Notes under the pieces: model-generated
Databases searched by the model: none
What the model was told of the DNA's origin: nothing
What the model saw: the letters and a program-made list of their open reading frames with translations, nothing else
Shown: one piece after another, positions 51,726-60,600 of the stretch
Layout: every line of letters starts with the position of its first letter
Numbering within the stretch: position 1 is the stretch's first letter
Origin: Alphaproteobacteria bacterium
GTDB taxonomy: Bacteria > Pseudomonadota > Alphaproteobacteria > SP197
Assembly (NCBI GenBank): GCA_965204785.1
Contig: OZ242015.1
Location: forward strand, 3,244,115-3,308,114
Length of the DNA stretch: 64,000 nucleotides
Direction of reading: 5' to 3'
Program-made: the position numbers and the translations under genes

Positions 51726-51753
51726 TTGACATTTTTGGCGCATTGCCTAAACT
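51726..51753 (+). promoter_or_regulatory. Sigma70-like promoter directly after the toxin stop
   Basis: TTGACA (51726) - 16 bp - TAAACT (51748). Confidence 0.6.
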
Positions 51754-51759
51754 ATGTAG

Positions 51760-51858
51760 TGTTCCCGCTCTACCTTTAGTGCATCGGGTATCAAGACCGC
51801 TTCATTCAGTAGAGTAGCCGGTCCTAGAAAGCGAAGCTAGGCTACTAGGGCCGTTGTT
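51760..51858 (+). ncRNA. Candidate structured small RNA downstream of the PemK-like gene
   Basis: Follows the promoter with no ORF; CCCG/CGGG stem, loop CTCTAC complementary to GTAGAG, terminal hairpin CGGTCCTAG/CTAGGGCCG followed by TTGTT. Confidence 0.45.
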
Positions 51859-51889
51859 CTCGGGGCACTGTGAAAGCAGTGCCCCTTTG

Positions 51890-52240
51890 GCTTTCTTGTG
51901 AATGGGCCGCGATGAAGCGGTATACGTGCCCGGCGACTTCCGCGCCGGCTTCCTTCAGGATCGAATGTTTGAGGTCTTTCAGGATAAACCGGTTGAGGCG
52001 CGGGTTGCAGCCGCTGTCGAACTCACCGGTCAGCACCAGGCATGGGTGCCGTGATCTGGTGGAGCCAGGGGCCCTCGGTGCAGACGTAAACGCGGAAGAC
52101 GACCAGGAAGGCGTTGGTGAACCAGCGGTCGATCAGCGTGTCGAGGATGTTGGGAATGCTCTTTTCCTCCATCGCTGTGATCACGCCCCTCACCTTGGCG
52201 GCGTCCTCGTGCGCGATTGCGGTGTAGTCGACGTCTATGG
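51890..52240 (-). pseudogene. Alpha/beta hydrolase (enol-lactonase-like) fragments
   Basis: TLIDRWFT, PWLHQITAP, LTGEFDSGCNPRLNR, LKHSIL. Confidence 0.7.
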
Positions 52241-52356
52241 CGGCCATGCAAAGAGCTCCGGAATTCATAGTGTCGCGGGAATGTTCGCCTGACAGGACGA
52301 CAGAGACAAGTCAGGTTGAGGGTTTGCCCAGCCTCAATCGCCGGGCGGATGCTCCG

Positions 52357-52412
52357 TTTTTTGTTTCGCCTCAGGCGCCGGCGTTCGCGGAGTTTAGCCC
52401 CGACTTGGTCGG
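52357..52412 (-). repeat. CTGAGG-family repeat variant
   Basis: Reverse complement ends GCCGGCGCCTGAGGCGAAACAAAAA; matches 46332-46380. Confidence 0.75.
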
Positions 52413-52426
52413 CCTGCGCCGAGCGC

Positions 52427-52770
52427 CATCCGGTCGAGACGTTGGCCGAGGGCGATTTCCACCTCTCCAACGATTCCTACAACGGCGGCTAGTACATCCC
52501 CGACGTCTTCATCTTCCAGCCGGCGAGCCTCTCGGTGCCCTATGGCCCCCTGCTCAATCCCCGGCCGCCAGCCCCGACCCATGCACGTATGCTGGCCTGC
52601 TATCGCGTCCTCAACGCGGTTATGAAGGCGCTCAGTCAGGCTGTGCCGGAGAAGGTCATCGCCACTGTGGAGTGCGCGCGGAGGAAATCATCGACGTCCT
52701 GCCCAAAAATGAACTGGCCCTGGAGGGCGGTGACATCGTCACCATCATGACCGGCGGTACAGGGCGCCTG
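52427..52770 (+). pseudogene. Deleted skeleton of a hydantoinase B paralog
   Basis: Three spliced segments: HPVETLAEGDF..ND.YNGG*YIPDVFIF, PYGPLLNPRPPAP...NAVMKALSQAVPEKVIA, GDIVTIMTGG. Confidence 0.88.
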
Positions 52771-52784
52771 TCAAAGCCAGCCTA

Positions 52785-52908
52785 GGTGGTTTGTAAGCGG
52801 GGGGCTCCTTGGGGCCGACAGGCATGCTCGCGCCGCATGGCGCATGAGCCAAGCGTCTGGCGTTTGAGGGAACAAACAAAAGCAGGCGCGCGCTGCGCGC
52901 CTGAGGCT
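52785..52908 (+). repeat. CTGAGGGAACA-family repeat arm
   Basis: GGTGGTTTGTAAGCGG...GAGCCAAGCG...TTGAGGGAACAAACAAAA...GCGCCTGAGGCT. Confidence 0.8.
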
Positions 52909-53004
52909 GGATCAAAGAATCATGGCGGCTTTGCGCGCTCCCCATTACTCTTGTCCACCGACATCACAAGCATCAGACACCCGCCGTATCCAGGGAGCCA
53001 CGCC

Positions 53005-54672
53005 ATGTCACTTGATCCCGTCGATTATGCCGTCATCAGTCAGGGGCTGATCGCGGGTGCACGCGAGATGGGGGCGAAGCTCATCCGCAGCGCCTATTCG
53101 ACCATCGTGCGCGAGGCACAGGACGCGTCGGCCGCGTTGCTCGACCGCGACGGCAACGTAATCGCCCAGGCCGAACTGATCCCCATGCAACTGGGGCCGA
53201 TGAAGATGACCTTCGTGCCCTGCGCGGAGACCCATCCGGTCGACAAGCTGGTGCCCGGCGATTTCTACATCACTAACGATCCCTTCAACGGCGGCCAGCA
53301 TCTGCCCGACGTCTTCATCTTCTCGCCCATTTTCTTCGAGGGCGAGGTCATCGGCTTCGGCGCTTCGGTCGCCCATCACCTGGACCTGGGCGGCGGCGCG
53401 CCCGGCCTCAACGCGGACGCGGCGGACATCTACCAGGAAGGACTGCGCATTCCGCCGTCGTGCTACAACTTGGAGCGCGACTGGAACGGCGGCACCTTCG
53501 AGCGGCTGGTCGCGACCAACATCCGCGTGCCGGCACTCACCATCGGCGATTTCAACGCCCAGTTCGCGGCCAACGCGATCGGCGGTCTGCGTGTCAGGGA
53601 ACTCACCGCCAAGTTCGGCAAGGACAACGTGCTCGTCGCCATGGATGAGCTGATGGATTATTCCGAACGGCGTACCCGCGCGGCCATCGCGGAGGTCCCC
53701 GACGGCATCTATGAGGGCGAGGACGCAGTGGACGACGACGGGCTGACCGACGATCCGCTGCCGACGAAGGCGCAGGTCAGGATCAAGGGTGATCAGGTCG
53801 CGATCAGCTTCGACGGTACCGCACCTCAGGTCTCGCGCAATCTCAACAACCCGTTCTCCAGCACCGTTTCGGCGGCGCTCTCCTGCGTCAAATCCGTGCT
53901 GACCAGTGCCGACATTCCGTTCAACGAGGGCGTCAAACGGCCCTTCACGATCACCGCGCCCTATGGTTCCCTGCTCAATCCTAGGCCACCGGCCCCTGTG
54001 CGCGCGCGCATGCTGCCCTCCTACCGCGTGTTCAACGCCGTGATGAAGGCGCTCTCCCAGGCCGTGCCGGAGAAGGTCATCGCCTGTGGTTTCGATACGA
54101 CCACTGTGTTCGCCATCTCGCATCTCTCTGACGAGGGCTACCGCGTCTATGTTGAGGTCTTCGGTGGCGGCTACGGCGCTTCGGCGCACCAGGACGGCAG
54201 CGACGCGCTCGACAGCCCGCTGTCGAACTGCTCGAACACGCCGGTCGAGGCGCTGGACATGGAGTACGACTATTTCCGCGTCGTCGACTACGGCCTGCGC
54301 CCGGATTCAGGCGGTGCAGGTAAGCATCGCGGCGGCATGGGCTTCACGCGCGCCTATGAGATCACGCGCGACAACGTCACCTTCGCGACCTATTCGGACC
54401 GTTTCACGATTGCGCCCGGCGGTATCTTCGGCGGCGCGGACGGCAAGACCGGCCGCTGCGAGGTCAAACGCGGTTCCGAGACCATCCCGCTCCATTCCAA
54501 GTCCAGCATGGATCTGAAGAAGGGCGACATCCTCACCATCCACGTCGGCGGCGGCGGCGGCTACGGTGACCCCACCGAACGCACCCGTGCGGCCATCGAA
54601 CAAGACCTCGACGACGGCCTGATCTCGTCGCAAGCCGCCCACCGCGATTATCCCGCGATTGTCGCGGAATAG
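53005..54672 (+). CDS. Hydantoinase B / oxoprolinase family subunit
   Basis: RSAYSTIVRE, NDPFNGGQHLPD, HHLDLGG, YQEGLRIPP, NTPVE, GGGGGYGDP. Confidence 0.95.
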   Translation: MSLDPVDYAVISQGLIAGAREMGAKLIRSAYSTIVREAQDASAALLDRDGNVIAQAELIPMQLGPMKMTFVPCAETHPVDKLVPGDFYITNDPFNGGQHLPDVFIFSPIFFEGEVIGFGASVAHHLDLGGGAPGLNADAADIYQEGLRIPPSCYNLERDWNGGTFERLVATNIRVPALTIGDFNAQFAANAIGGLRVRELTAKFGKDNVLVAMDELMDYSERRTRAAIAEVPDGIYEGEDAVDDDGLTDDPLPTKAQVRIKGDQVAISFDGTAPQVSRNLNNPFSSTVSAALSCVKSVLTSADIPFNEGVKRPFTITAPYGSLLNPRPPAPVRARMLPSYRVFNAVMKALSQAVPEKVIACGFDTTTVFAISHLSDEGYRVYVEVFGGGYGASAHQDGSDALDSPLSNCSNTPVEALDMEYDYFRVVDYGLRPDSGGAGKHRGGMGFTRAYEITRDNVTFATYSDRFTIAPGGIFGGADGKTGRCEVKRGSETIPLHSKSSMDLKKGDILTIHVGGGGGYGDPTERTRAAIEQDLDDGLISSQAAHRDYPAIVAE

Positions 54673-54769
54673 TCTATATCCACCTCGGTCCATTCATTCG
54701 TTCGATTAGATATGAAAAGTGCGGCATCAAATTTTCACGAAATATAGCTCTCTGTTTCTATCGACTCTT

Positions 54770-55363
54770 GGAAATTATACACTTGACAAAACCAATCGTC
54801 GAACGTAGAAGGAACTATATCCACTAATAAAAACCTGACCCTTCTGGAAATTATGTGCCGCTACTCGACGGACGACGCGGCGCAGTAGTGTTTCGAGCAC
54901 ACCCGCTAGCCGAACGGCCCGGTCTGTCCCCACTGCGGCAATTCCGACAAAATCTATGCCCGATCGTCGAATGCCAAGACTGGCACTCGCAAGGGCCTCT
55001 ACAAGTGCGGTGAGTGCAAGGACACCTTCACGGTTACCGCGGGCACCGTTATGGAAGCCTCCAAGGTGCCACTCCATAAGTGGCTGCTCGGTTTCTACAT
55101 TATGTGCGCCAGCAAGACGCAGGTTTCGGCGCTGCAACTACAGCGCCAGCTTGAGTTCGGCTCGTATCGCACTGCCCATAACAGCAAGCGTAGCCTTGAC
55201 GGGACGCATCACAATGTAAGCCGGCAGCACCTCCATCTCTAATACCGCAGAACTCGATTTCAAATACAACACGTGCAAGGAAACCGATGGCGAGCGGACA
55301 AGGATCGGCGTCGGCCGCATCGAGGGAAAGCGCCTCATGTATCGCCTCAAGGCTTCCGACTGA
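54770..55363 (+). mobile_element. IS1595-family remnant with the DDE core deleted
   Basis: Possible end GGAAATTATACACTTGAC; PNGPVCPHCG, LYKCGECK..FTVT.GTVME.SKVPLHKW, SALQLQRQL..SYRTA joined to GTHHNVSRQHLH, FKYN, GKRLMY; stops. Confidence 0.88.
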
Positions 55364-56107
55364 TGCCCGTCTCGCGGGTCTCCGAGGTCAGGACCGAACT
55401 GCTTACTTCCCAAGGCTGGGATACTCGCCGTCCTCGAGCGGGGAGATGTTGCGCTAGCACGAATACAAAGATCATGGTCATCTGCGTGACGTGTTCCTGT
55501 GGCGCAGCAAGGTCACGCAGATCGGGCATGGCTTGCCCGAGGCGGTGGTCGTTGACCGGCACTCGCTCCAGCCTTTGCTTGTCATAGAGGCGAAGGCCTC
55601 GATTGACGATCTCAATAAGGCGGTCTCTGAGGCGACATTGGTCTACGGCAATGCCTGTGTTGACGCCGGTTATTCTCCGCTCGCTATCGCACTCGCTGGC
55701 ACGAGTGAAGATGACTTCGCGGTGCGCGTATTCAAATGGAATGGCCATGATTGGAAAACGGTCATTTATGAGGACAACCCGATAGGGTGGATACCTAACC
55801 GCAAAGACACCGATTTTCTCCGCACACCGTTCTCTACACCCGACCTGCGCCCCTCGATTCCCAGCCCCGAAGTGCTGGCGGGTTTTGCAGACGAGATAAA
55901 CAGATTGCTTCGGGAATCGAGCGTCAACGACCCAGCGCGCCCTCTGTAGTCGGCGCTTGTATGCTGGCGCTGTGGCAGTCGCGAGGTGGCCTGCGCAAAG
56001 ATCCCAGCAACATTCTCGCGGACATCAATCGTGCCTGTGAACAGGCGTTTTGGAACTCCAGGAAACTCGACCTTGCCAAGAGCCTGCACGTTGATGAAGC
56101 CAATGAG
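55363..56107 (+). pseudogene. Restriction-modification enzyme N-terminus (PD-(D/E)xK nuclease of a type IIG/N6-MTase-like protein), truncated
   Basis: PE...LVIEAKA motif; ADEINRLLRES and LADIN helical segments typical before an N6-MTase domain; ATG overlaps the transposase TGA; MTase domain not present. Confidence 0.6.
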
Positions 56108-56777
56108 CGCCTTGCGGCCCGTCACCGGATGGGTGCGGGCGATGAGGTGAAGCGCCTCGTTGAACTGCTCGGGCGAATAGACTACGGGCGTGGCGGTGTT
56201 CCGCTGCACCTCGGCATCCTGCGAGCCGGTACCGTAGCCCAGCCCCGCCGAGTTGCCCGTGTGCACGCCGTCCAGTTCCGCCTTGAGGGCTTCGTCCAGC
56301 GTCTCCCACGCGAGGTACTGGTTGGCGAATCCGGTGTAGCCGTCCACCGGCGGGCAGTCGACGCAGTATGAGTATGGTGTATTTGGGCGGTTGCTCGAAG
56401 TTGCAGGAATTGGAATGCCAGGTGCCGCCGAGGGCATACTTGTCGCGCGGCTCCTGGATCAGTTCGATGATCTCGGGACAGTCGTCCATCTGCCTGGCGT
56501 ATGGCCAGGGGAAGGCCTGCTCAGACGTCGGGCAAGGGCGATCTGCTGGGCGGGTCGAGGTTCTGATTGCGGGTCATCAGCGCTAGGTGGTTGATCAGCG
56601 CCTATTCGAGTTCCGCAATGGCCTCGTCGGAGGCATGTGCGAGATCAATTCCCTCGACATCTGCCCGATCGCGCCCGTCACCGGGCTGACGCTGAAATGA
56701 TTGTAGGTGCGCGGTGAAAATTGCGGCGCGCAGCAGATGGCGGCCTGATAGGCGAAGGTGGTGACGTAATCGGGCAT
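56105..56777 (-). pseudogene. TauD/TfdA-family dioxygenase
   Basis: VSPVTGAIG, DVEGIDL, WHSN (normally WHxD), PPVDGYTGFANQYLAWETL, RTHPVTGRKAL; 3' end lost. Confidence 0.88.
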
Positions 56778-56850
56778 GGCTGGACCCTCGGTCGTTCAGT
56801 CCACGACTTTATGTCTGCCGCCGTCCAACGAACTCAATGGGCTCGCGGGA

Positions 56851-57481
56851 TTACGCGTTCTCCCGTGCGCCGCGCAGCAGGGAGAGGCGCAGCACGTCGG
56901 GCATGGCGATCATGCGGTCGTCGACCACCCCGTGCAGGGCTTCGAGCGCCTCGGGCCCGTCCTTGATGACCGCAAGCACCCAGCGGTCGACGTCGAGCAG
57001 ATTCTCTGGATCGGCGGTGGGCACACCCCGCACCTCGTGGCTTTTGCCTAGGGGGGTTATAGATGGCCACGACCTCGATCTCGGTCGAGAGCGCGACTAG
57101 GATGCCGAACTCCCGCATCTCGTCGTCGCCGCACAAAACGATGCGTTTGATCCCGGCATCGGCAAGATCGCCATAGAGCCGGTCGAAGCTGGAGAGCCCC
57201 CGGCGCAGGGCGCCGAAGGAATCGCGCAGATATTGGCCGGTCAGACGGCTCTTTTCCGCGAAACCCTGGGGCGTGAGGTAATACTTGTAACGTCGCGACG
57301 GGGCCTGCTGGATCTTGATGAGGCCGGTGCGCGCACAGCGTTTGATATAGGCGTTGACCATGCCTAACGCGACGCCGAACTCGTCAGCCAGATCGCGCTG
57401 GCTGACCTCCTCGTCGATCTCGATTCGGTCCAGAATCTGACGGATTGCTTGCTCTTCCGTGGCTTCGCGCCGTGTCGACAT
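56851..57481 (-). pseudogene. EPS-locus-associated MarR-like winged-helix regulator, frameshifted near 57050
   Basis: VSQRDLADEFGVALGMVNAYIKR, YKYYLTPQGFAEKSRLT; C-terminus in another frame. Confidence 0.82.
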
Positions 57482-57549
57482 GACTCTTTTTTATTATTCA
57501 CTTTTCGAACACAAATGCCAAGTCGAAGCGAATCAAACCTGTCTCGCGT

Positions 57550-57600
57550 GCGGTCTTCCAACGGCCGATGAGCATGACTCATCGGCCGTTGGAAGACCGC
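57550..57600. repeat. Perfect 23-bp-stem palindrome (CCAACGGCCGATGAG family)
   Basis: GCGGTCTTCCAACGGCCGATGAG-CATGA-CTCATCGGCCGTTGGAAGACCGC. Confidence 0.88.
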
Positions 57601-57688
57601 GTGTGTAGCGTGAGTCAAGGGGTGCCCCGATCGGGTCGAGGGTAAACTCCCGCATCCCGCCTGGCGCGTGAGGGCCTTTGGTATAAGG

Positions 57689-59466
57689 TCAGCGCGCGGG
57701 GAACTCCGGCACGACCGCGTGGATCATGCGGGGCGTTTCTCCGGCATCGCCAGCGCGGGCATGGTCGACCAAAGCGATGAGTTTGCCGCGCAGGTCGTCG
57801 AGCGTGGCGGTGCGCCCGGCCGCATGCTGGTGAAGACGACCTCGATTTCCTCGTCGGGCACGAATCCGGCCAGGCGGATCATCTGGCGCGCCAGATCCTG
57901 GATGCGCACGGGATCGCCCATCTCCAGCACGAAGAGATCGCCCGATTCCCCGTCCAGCGCGCTGGCCTGCAGGACAAGCTCCACGGCCTCGCGCACGGTC
58001 ATCATGAAGCGGGTCATGTCGGGGTGGGTGACGGTCAGCGGACCGCCTTCGGCAAGCTGCTTCTGGAATAGCGGCACGACCGAACCCGCCGAGCCCAGCA
58101 CGTTGCCGAAGCGCACCGTGGCGAACCGCGTGCCGTTGCCCGTGCGGTCCAGCGCCTGGATGTAAAGCTCCGCGATGCGTTTGGTCGCGCCCATGACGCT
58201 GGAGGGATTGACCGCCTTGTCGGTCGAGATCAGCACCATGGTGCCCACGCCCGCGGCATGGCAGGCATCGACCACGTTCATGGTGCCGCCCACGTTGGTC
58301 AGCACGCATTCGTTGGGATTGGCCTCGGCCAGCGGCACGTGTTTCAGTGCGGCGGCGTGGAATACGATATCGGGGCGTTCCTGTTCCAAGGTGCGGTCCA
58401 GGCGCGCGCGGTCGCGGATGTCGCGCAGCATGGCGCGCCGCGAGACCTCGGGGTGACGGCGCGCCATTTCCATGTCGATCTCGTAGAGCGCGCCCTCGGA
58501 AAGCTCCACCAGGGTCAGGTGCTCAGGCCCCAGCGCGGCGGTCTGGCGTACCAACTCCCCGCCGATGGTGCCGCCCGCACCGGTCACCAGAATGCGCCGC
58601 CCGGCGATCAGACGCGAGATGGACTCATGGTTGACGGCGGTCTGCGCGCGGCCCAGCAGGTCCTCCACCGCGACGGGGCGGATCTGCACGCTGCTTGCGC
58701 CTCCATCGGAGAAATCCGTCAGGCGCCCAACACGTGACAGGCTCATGCCATGGCGTTCGGCCGCTTTCAACGCCTCGCGCATCCGCTCGGGACTGTTGTT
58801 GGCGCTGGTCAGGACCAGCCGCTGGGGCTGGGGACCGCGTTTGCTGATCGCTTCGAGCGCGGCATCGATTCCCTGACTGCCGTCGTGCACCTCCAGGCCG
58901 TGGATCTGCTGACTGGTGCGGCGTCCGCTGGGATCGATCATGCCGACGACCGCATAGGGTGCCGTCTTGTCGCGCGTCATGGCGCGGGTGAATTGCTCGG
59001 CCTCGTCGTCCGCGCCCAGGATGGCGATGGGGATAGCGTCGGGATTGGCGCGCTCGAAGACATGGGCAAGGCCGCCGTCCTTGATGATGCGGTAAAGCAG
59101 CCGCGGTCCGCCGGTCAGCGCCACCAGCGTGAACCAGTTGATGACGAGCGCAGAGCGCGGATAGTCCTGGGCACGCGTGACTAGGAATATCACGGGCAGG
59201 AAGATGAGCATGGTCAGCGTGGCCGCGCGCGCCAGGACATAGAGATCCGGCAGTGAGGCATAGCGCCAGACGCCGCGGTAGACGCCGGTTCCGAGGAAGA
59301 CCATGCCGGCGATGGCGGCAAACAGGGCCACGCCGCCGAGGAAGTAACCTTCCGCCAGCTGCCACGTCGCCGAACCCAGGCGCAGATAGAGGGCGAGCAC
59401 GAAGGAGATGGCCGCCATGACGATGTCGTGGAGCACTGTGATGTGGGATCTGGAAAACCGCTGCAT
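57689..59466 (-). pseudogene. WbpM/PglF/CapD-type UDP-sugar 4,6-dehydratase with a 3' deletion and frameshift
   Basis: EDLLGR, TGAGGTIG, HAAALKHVP, STDKAV, RFGNVLGS; the expected RPGEKLxEEL breaks after RPG and the C-terminus continues in another frame. Confidence 0.85.
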
Positions 59467-59470
59467 GACC

Positions 59471-60496
59471 TCAGTCGCCGCCCTGCTTGCCGAAGCGAAC
59501 ACGTAGATACCACAACGCCGCGGCTGTCAGCAGGGTGCCTAGAAGAAGCGCGGTCCAGCCGGGCAGCACGGCGGCAACACCCACTATAGTCAGGACGACC
59601 AGAGCGGCATTCAGCAGGCCGAGAAAACCGGCTACGCGGGCATGGCTGGCGCCGTTCTGCACGGCGGCCTGATAAGCGTGTTCGCGATGGGCCTGCCAGA
59701 CCTTCTCTCCGCGCAGGCCGCGGCGCACAAGGGTGATCGTTGCATCGGCCCAGTAATAGAGCGGCAGCAGCAGGGCAAGCCACCACAGGCCGGCCACGCA
59801 CGCGGCCCAGACCAGAAGCCAGCCCAGCATATAACCCAGTGGCACGCTGCCGACATCGCCCAGGAAGATCTTCGCGGGGTGCCAGTTGACGACCAGGAAC
59901 CCGGCCGCCGCCCCGGCCAGCACCCCGGCCAGCGGTGCGCGCGACCCGTCGCCGCCCTGCTCGTGCACGATCATGAGAATTGCAAGGGCGAGGCCGGCCC
60001 CCACCGCGATCGTTTCCATGCCCGTGATGCCGTCGATGCCATCCATGAAGTTGAAGAGGTTGATGAACCAGACCCAGGCCAGACCCATGATCGCGCGGTC
60101 GGCCCAGAACGGAAGGAAGCCGTCGAACAGCAGCGCATCGGCGGGCAGGAAGGCAAGGCCCAGGATCACCGCGGCCAGATGACCGGCGAAACGGGAAAGC
60201 TGGTGCAGCCCGCGCACGTCGTCGACAAGGGAGAGCAACGCCAAGACCAGCGCGGCGGCGAGCACCGGCCAGACCTCCGCGAAAATGCCCGTCATAGCTG
60301 AAAGAAAAAGCCAGCTTGGCAGCACCAGGCCGATCACCGCGATACCGCCGCCCCTGGGCACGGGTCGGTCGTGGCTCGAGCGCGCGTTGGGCCGGTCCAT
60401 GACTCCGCGCGCGGCAAGCAGTTCCAGCACCATGCGCGCGGCGGCCCAGGTTGCAAAGCCTGTCAGCGGTGCCGCGATCAGGGTGACCAGAATCAT
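59471..60496 (-). CDS. Glycosyltransferase family 4 (WbpL/WecA/MraY-like)
   Basis: RSSH..PVPRGGG, NFMDGIDG, IFLGDVGS, AHREHAYQ. Confidence 0.93.
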   Translation of the reverse strand: MILVTLIAAPLTGFATWAAARMVLELLAARGVMDRPNARSSHDRPVPRGGGIAVIGLVLPSWLFLSAMTGIFAEVWPVLAAALVLALLSLVDDVRGLHQLSRFAGHLAAVILGLAFLPADALLFDGFLPFWADRAIMGLAWVWFINLFNFMDGIDGITGMETIAVGAGLALAILMIVHEQGGDGSRAPLAGVLAGAAAGFLVVNWHPAKIFLGDVGSVPLGYMLGWLLVWAACVAGLWWLALLLPLYYWADATITLVRRGLRGEKVWQAHREHAYQAAVQNGASHARVAGFLGLLNAALVVLTIVGVAAVLPGWTALLLGTLLTAAALWYLRVRFGKQGGD

Positions 60497-60600
60497 GAGC
60501 CGCTTATAGAACAGAAGTCTTGCGCATGGAATCGGCGGGCGGACGGTTCCACGACTCCGGAAAATGCCTTATAGAGGGCAGGCGCAAGGTGGAACTTCCG

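Noticed and set aside
52357-52380. CTGAGGCGAAAC (minus strand) resembling a hammerhead ribozyme core
   Set aside because: Lacks CUGAnGA plus stem II; other family copies read CTGAGGGAACA
52786-53004. N-terminal extension of hydantoinase B in the ORF track (also RLREQTK/MREQTK peptides in ORFs at 45055 and 44796)
   Set aside because: Translation of the DNA repeat; the likely start is ATG 53005 after GGGAG
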